This document shows, piece after piece, positions 59,212 to 64,000 of a DNA stretch of 64,000 bases; positions within the stretch are counted from its first letter, which is position 1, and each line of letters opens with the position of its first letter. The notes below the pieces were generated by a model that had not been told where the DNA came from, searched no databases, and saw only the letters and a list, made by a program, of their open reading frames with translations. The stretch comes from Laetmonice hystrix. Lineage: Eukaryota. The translations under genes and the position numbers were made by a program. Location of the stretch: the NCBI GenBank assembly GCA_965235115.1, contig OZ249436.1, positions 48,734,001-48,798,000 of the forward strand. Reading direction: 5' to 3'.

Positions 59212-60107
59212 CTTGCAGCTGGTTGTCCTATATTTCTGACAATAGCTGGCCACCACTGTGGAGATAATAATGTGAGTCCAATTCACATGTGATATAACAG
59301 GCCTAGTAACCTACACAAATATAGGCCAACTTGAAAGGTTTTTGTGAGGGTGACGCTTGGTGGAAGTACAATTCTTGTCCGATGTATGTCATATGCCTAG
59401 AGGACGTCCTTTTAAAGTACTGGTTTCTTCTGTGGTCCCTCCGGTGGAACAAGAAATAGGCCTAGTTCACTGGTCAACGGTGAACACCAACATGTAGGTA
59501 GGTAGAACCTAGCAGGTATAGAGGCCCCTACATCGATTCTTGTATGCGGTAGGCCTACACTTTTAATCAGTAAGATGGTTCCGGTTCTGGCTTGAGTCAT
59601 TGTCCCTTTCTGTAAAGAAAAGATAAGTCAATGTGAACTTTAATCTTGACCTAGCGCAAACATTGGGTGACCTCATGGCATGCACATGGATAAGCCTACA
59701 TGGTGTTGAGCCGATTATGCTGGCGCTATTCCTTTCACTATAATTAAGCTCACATGTATTGGCGCGTATAGCCAAGATGTCCAAAGGGCTATCGTTTAGG
59801 GGAGAGGAAGAAGGTTTTTTTTTTAAAAAAAGAAGCTGACTTTATTATGGACCTTTTGGGAGCAATATATTGAACCTCTTCCAAGGCTTCCATATAAGGG
59901 GAGAGTTGGCCTTCACTCTGAATTGACGATTCAAAACAATTTGTGCATGTGTTTTTGGCCTGGAATCCCAGCATGCAGTGGGGGGAAGCCGTCCCGTCCA
60001 GAAAGAGTTAGACTCTACTATCCTATGTCATATAAAAAGTAAGCGTATCTCGATAGGGTCAATATAGGGGCCTACTCAAGAGTTGGTTCTTCCCCCATGA
60101 TAACTTT

Positions 60108-60260
60108 CCACGAAATGTTTGGGCAAAGGGTACGGTTAAGGTCAGGGATAGGGATAGGGATAGGATAGGGATATGTTTTTGGGAGGTGTCGGGACTGGGG
60201 TTAGGGGGTTAGGGATAAGGTCAGGGCCATGGATCTTTACTTTCCACCAACTTTCGTGGG
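60108..60260. repeat. Short element with degenerate telomere-like hexamers
   Basis: (ataggg/ttaggg/tcaggg)n at ~60136-60226 between the IR ccacgaaatgtttgg / ccaactttcgtgg. Confidence 0.5.
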
Positions 60261-63200
60261 GTTTATGTTAGAGTTCACGTTGTAGAGCAACTATAGGGGC
60301 CTACGTGGCAGCCGCAGCAGCGGATGCCGCACTGGCTGACCACGTGATCGGCCGACCGCCCAGCGACCAGCATGCACTGAATGCTGAGAGTTTATATAGT
60401 CAGTGATTCTAAAAAGGTTCCTCTCACTTCAAATTACCTTGCGACACCCCTGTTACCTGTCACATCACTGTGTTAAACCTATGTAAGTCTGGTTACCATA
60501 ATGATTTCACTCAACTAATTGGTTCAATGGACAAGGAAAGCATGTCGCACCGAAAAGGAAACTATATAAACGTGTATATGTAGGCCTATATTCTGCACAA
60601 GAATACAGAGGTGTAGGAAGGAAAACACTATTAGGGGGGGGGGGGGCAGAATTTTCTACAAGTGACGTCATAATGACTTAGGCTGACGGCGGCCTGTGCT
60701 CATTTTCTTCTGGGGGTGTGGGTTCGTCGAAAGTAGGAGATTTTATGAGCAGCCGGAAGTCCAAATTGGTGGGGATGACATTTCTGCCCTCCCCCAGTAT
60801 AAATATTGCGGGGTGGGGGTGGGGGTGGCAGCCCCGTCTGCTAGTGATGCACAAACCTTATTATAAAAAATACGATAAATTTAACCTGACTTTCTTAAAT
60901 TTGTCTCGGTTCGTTTCGAAGGGCCTGCATGGCGGTATGATAACAGTACGCCTACGCCCCATCACTTGTTGCTTTATACAGGCCTACTGTGGACACGACC
61001 CTTAATTACGGAGAACCAGATTATGGGGCCAGAGTGAGACCACCGAGTCACAGGCAAGCGATTCCAATCGTTTGCGACTCTTTACCTAATGGCCTTAATG
61101 CGTCTACACAGGCCCTTCCATAAAAATTATCTCATCAATAAAACACCAGTAAACAACGAAGGCACTAAATATATTTGGCGGAAATCATGCGCTGCCCGGT
61201 ATTAAGGCACTCCAGATTTTTGCTTGTATATAAAGCTAAAAGCAAATTCGATGGACACAGAAATCTGGGATAGGAAACATCCACAAAGTATAAGATTATT
61301 CTTAATTCTTCTATTTAAATATATTGTGAGCTGTATATCCGACAGGGCCGATTGCCCGCCGCGGGGGTAATTGCCCTCCGAGGCTATTGTCCTCAGAACG
61401 CTTGTGCCCGGGGTGATTGCCCAAGAATCGCACCCATCCATTTGTGTCAAGACGAAACCATGCAGTATTTACTGATGTCGAAAGGCCCTCACCTTTCACC
61501 TGTATAGCTACAAGCTAGCCAATATTATGCCGCCTTATTGCAAATTCGCGCCCTGCTGTTTGACCGTTTGGAGGCGGGAGACGCCGCATGGCAACAGAAT
61601 GAAGTCCAAAATGTAACTAGAAACTCGGATTGCCAATTACTGCAGATTGCCAAGCAATCACGATCTATACGGTTTTCTCTATGACTGTTATATCATTCGC
61701 CCATCTCTTCCGTTAGGCCTATACATGCGCAAGAGATTGATATTTTAAATGAAATTCAGTTTCCATTTGACAATGTACTAATGTAGTAGGCCTACTTGTG
61801 GATTAATACTACCTTTCCAAAAACAGTAGACCACGAGAGAGTGGGGCATTGACGGACCCCTTTTTTCAACGCCTTATAACTGAGGTAATGAACTGCTGTA
61901 ATGTGACGTATTTTACGGTGTCCTGTAATGGTACAAGGGGTCAAGTCCACGGCTGGACATAGACCCCTTGTTGCATTGCAACTCAGTTCAGCAGGAAGAC
62001 GTCATCGTGGTTCACGTCATCACATGGTGAGATGAATCATTTACTTTTTTCTGAATTTTGAAAAAGATAAGGTAAATAACCTTTTATATTCTACAAGAAT
62101 AATATCCCAGGGCATGGAATATCACATCTAGCATATATGGTTAAGATGCCATTCTTCATACCGAGCCCTATTAACGTTGGTCGGGACTTAGCCCTCTACT
62201 GAATAATGCATAGAAAAAAATCAAGTGGCGTGCCAAGAGATGGGGTAACACCCCTACCGGGTGTAAGGTGGGGTAACGGCTTAGATAGGCCTATAAAGAA
62301 CCTGAATGCAGTGGAAGGCCCCTATACTTAGGGGGGGGGGGGTGTCCGCCCCCAGGTGACAGCTGTTGGGGGCAGTGGGCTACCCAGAAACTGGACCCTT
62401 GTGCTGGAAATGCTGGGGTGCTGGAAATAACCAACGTTGTAGGCGCTGAGTTTAACTTTTCATACTCTTCTAGATCTATACTCAAGAAATGAACCTTCTT
62501 TTATGAAACTTAAATACGTCATAAGTCAGTGACGTTACGATGACGTAGGCCTAATCAGTCAACAGCTCAGATCAGTTCAGGCACTAGCCTATATGTCATG
62601 ATCAAAATTCTCTGCAAGTTTCATGAAGACACCTTCATAGATAGGCTAGAGTCTATCGGCTATAGTTCATTTTAAGCCCACTATATAATGGGCCTAGTCA
62701 TAGACCTGACCGTCTCAGGCCCGTAGCCTTAGGGGGGGGGGGTCCATCTTTTGTATTCAGTTCGTTAACTACTGATTAGTATAATGTTATGTTTCTTAAG
62801 ATTCCTTGTAGCACTAGGCCTATAATGTATATTTTCACGTAGCCTATGTATGTAGGCTTAACGATGATATGCAAGATGATATGTATGATATGCAGGATCC
62901 CACATTTGCAACGGCTCCCAGCCGAGAGGGTTAGATCTATCCTGGGTAAAGATCTGTTCAATAAAAAAAAAATACAGCAAGAGATAGGCCTATAGGCCTA
63001 ACGTTAGTGATTAAGCAACTGCCAAGTTAAAGAAGGTAATGAATTGTTGTTTTGTTTTGTAAGGGGATATTACTGGAAATGTGCCGTTCCAAGTGCTTAG
63101 ATCTAATTCGCGTTTCTTAATTTCGCGTTTTTTTTTTGTTTTTTGTTTGAAAACGCGAAAATCGCGAAATTAAAACACACGCGAAAAATACCTGATTTGT

Positions 63201-63758
63201 ATACCGCTAAGTCAGCTAAGTTCTCCGCTTCGGTCCAATCAGTAGGTGGAGCCTCCTTGGATTCGCGCGAATATTTGTACTAGATCTATAGTAGGGAGGC
63301 GAAACCAAAAAAAAAATGAGTTTCGTTCTACCGGAGAGAGCAAAAGCAACCACCATGTCAAAATAATATCCTGCGTTCTGCTAGGGTACGTGGTGGTCAA
63401 GCTCTATTCTTGTGCTAAGGTCACGAACGCAGGGGTCAAAGGTCAAAGGTCACACAAAAATAGGGGTTCCTAATTTGTTGACCTTTGACCCCAAGGTCAA
63501 GGTCATTTGAACCAAAACATCCGTTTAAAAAGGCTAAAATTTAGTTATAACATGAGAACGTTTCATCTCATTAAAAAATTTGAGGCCCAATTCTATAAGT
63601 TTGATAACATTCAGAAGGTGACGGAGCCTGCCAGTTGCCATGTCATCACGTTTGGCCATCAAGCCTCGGTAACTATGGCAAATCCCCTGGCAACGAAAGA
63701 TGCGCAGGATCTCAAAAAGCGCTAAATCTGATGCTTTATACCCATTTTCTATACTAAT

Positions 63759-63950
63759 CAGTGGCGGATCCAGGGGGGGTGTCGGCGACGTCCGGACCCC
63801 CCCCCCCCCCCTCAGATTAGCCAAATTTAATTTTTTATAACCAAAATGACTTATTGATTTTAACGGACCCCCCCCCCCTCGATCTGCCCTTTTTATGCTG
63901 GACCCCCCTCGGACCCCCCCCCCTGAAAATAGACCCTAGATCCGCCCCTG
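63759..63950. mobile_element. CAGTGGCGGATCC-type MITE with 5-bp TSD
   Basis: ctaat|cagtggcggatccagg ... cctagatccgcccctg|ctaat. Confidence 0.78.
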
Positions 63951-64000
63951 CTAATACACCACATTGCATGACAAATAGTCTATTAGGCCTACCTTACGTA

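Overview
Eukaryotic (bilaterian invertebrate, probably marine; organism not determinable from sequence alone) genomic window with four intron-containing protein genes in a very MITE-rich background. From left to right: (1) an intact, apparently very recent BEL/Pao LTR retrotransposon (68-6785, minus; two 572-bp LTRs with no difference found by eye, 5-bp TSD CGCCT, single 1820-aa gag-pol ORF); (2) ELAC2/tRNase Z-long (minus, 21 coding exons traced by hand, about 830 aa); (3) an SLC22-family organic cation/anion transporter (plus, 10 exons, about 580 aa); (4) a divergent rhabdomeric-type opsin (minus, 3 exons, about 455 aa); (5) a short caspase-3/7-like protease (minus, 4 exons, about 287 aa) with QSCRG in place of QACRG and Asn in place of a conserved S1-pocket Arg. 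Introns and intergenic DNA hold many non-autonomous DNA transposons (Kolobok-, piggyBac-, Harbinger-, Tc1/mariner- and hAT-like ends), a 2.7-kb foldback element and several minisatellites, one of which forms a ~1.76-kb AG-free tract up to a splice acceptor. No rRNA, tRNA or CRISPR array was found. Gene models are manual predictions from splice signals and remembered family motifs; no database search was run.
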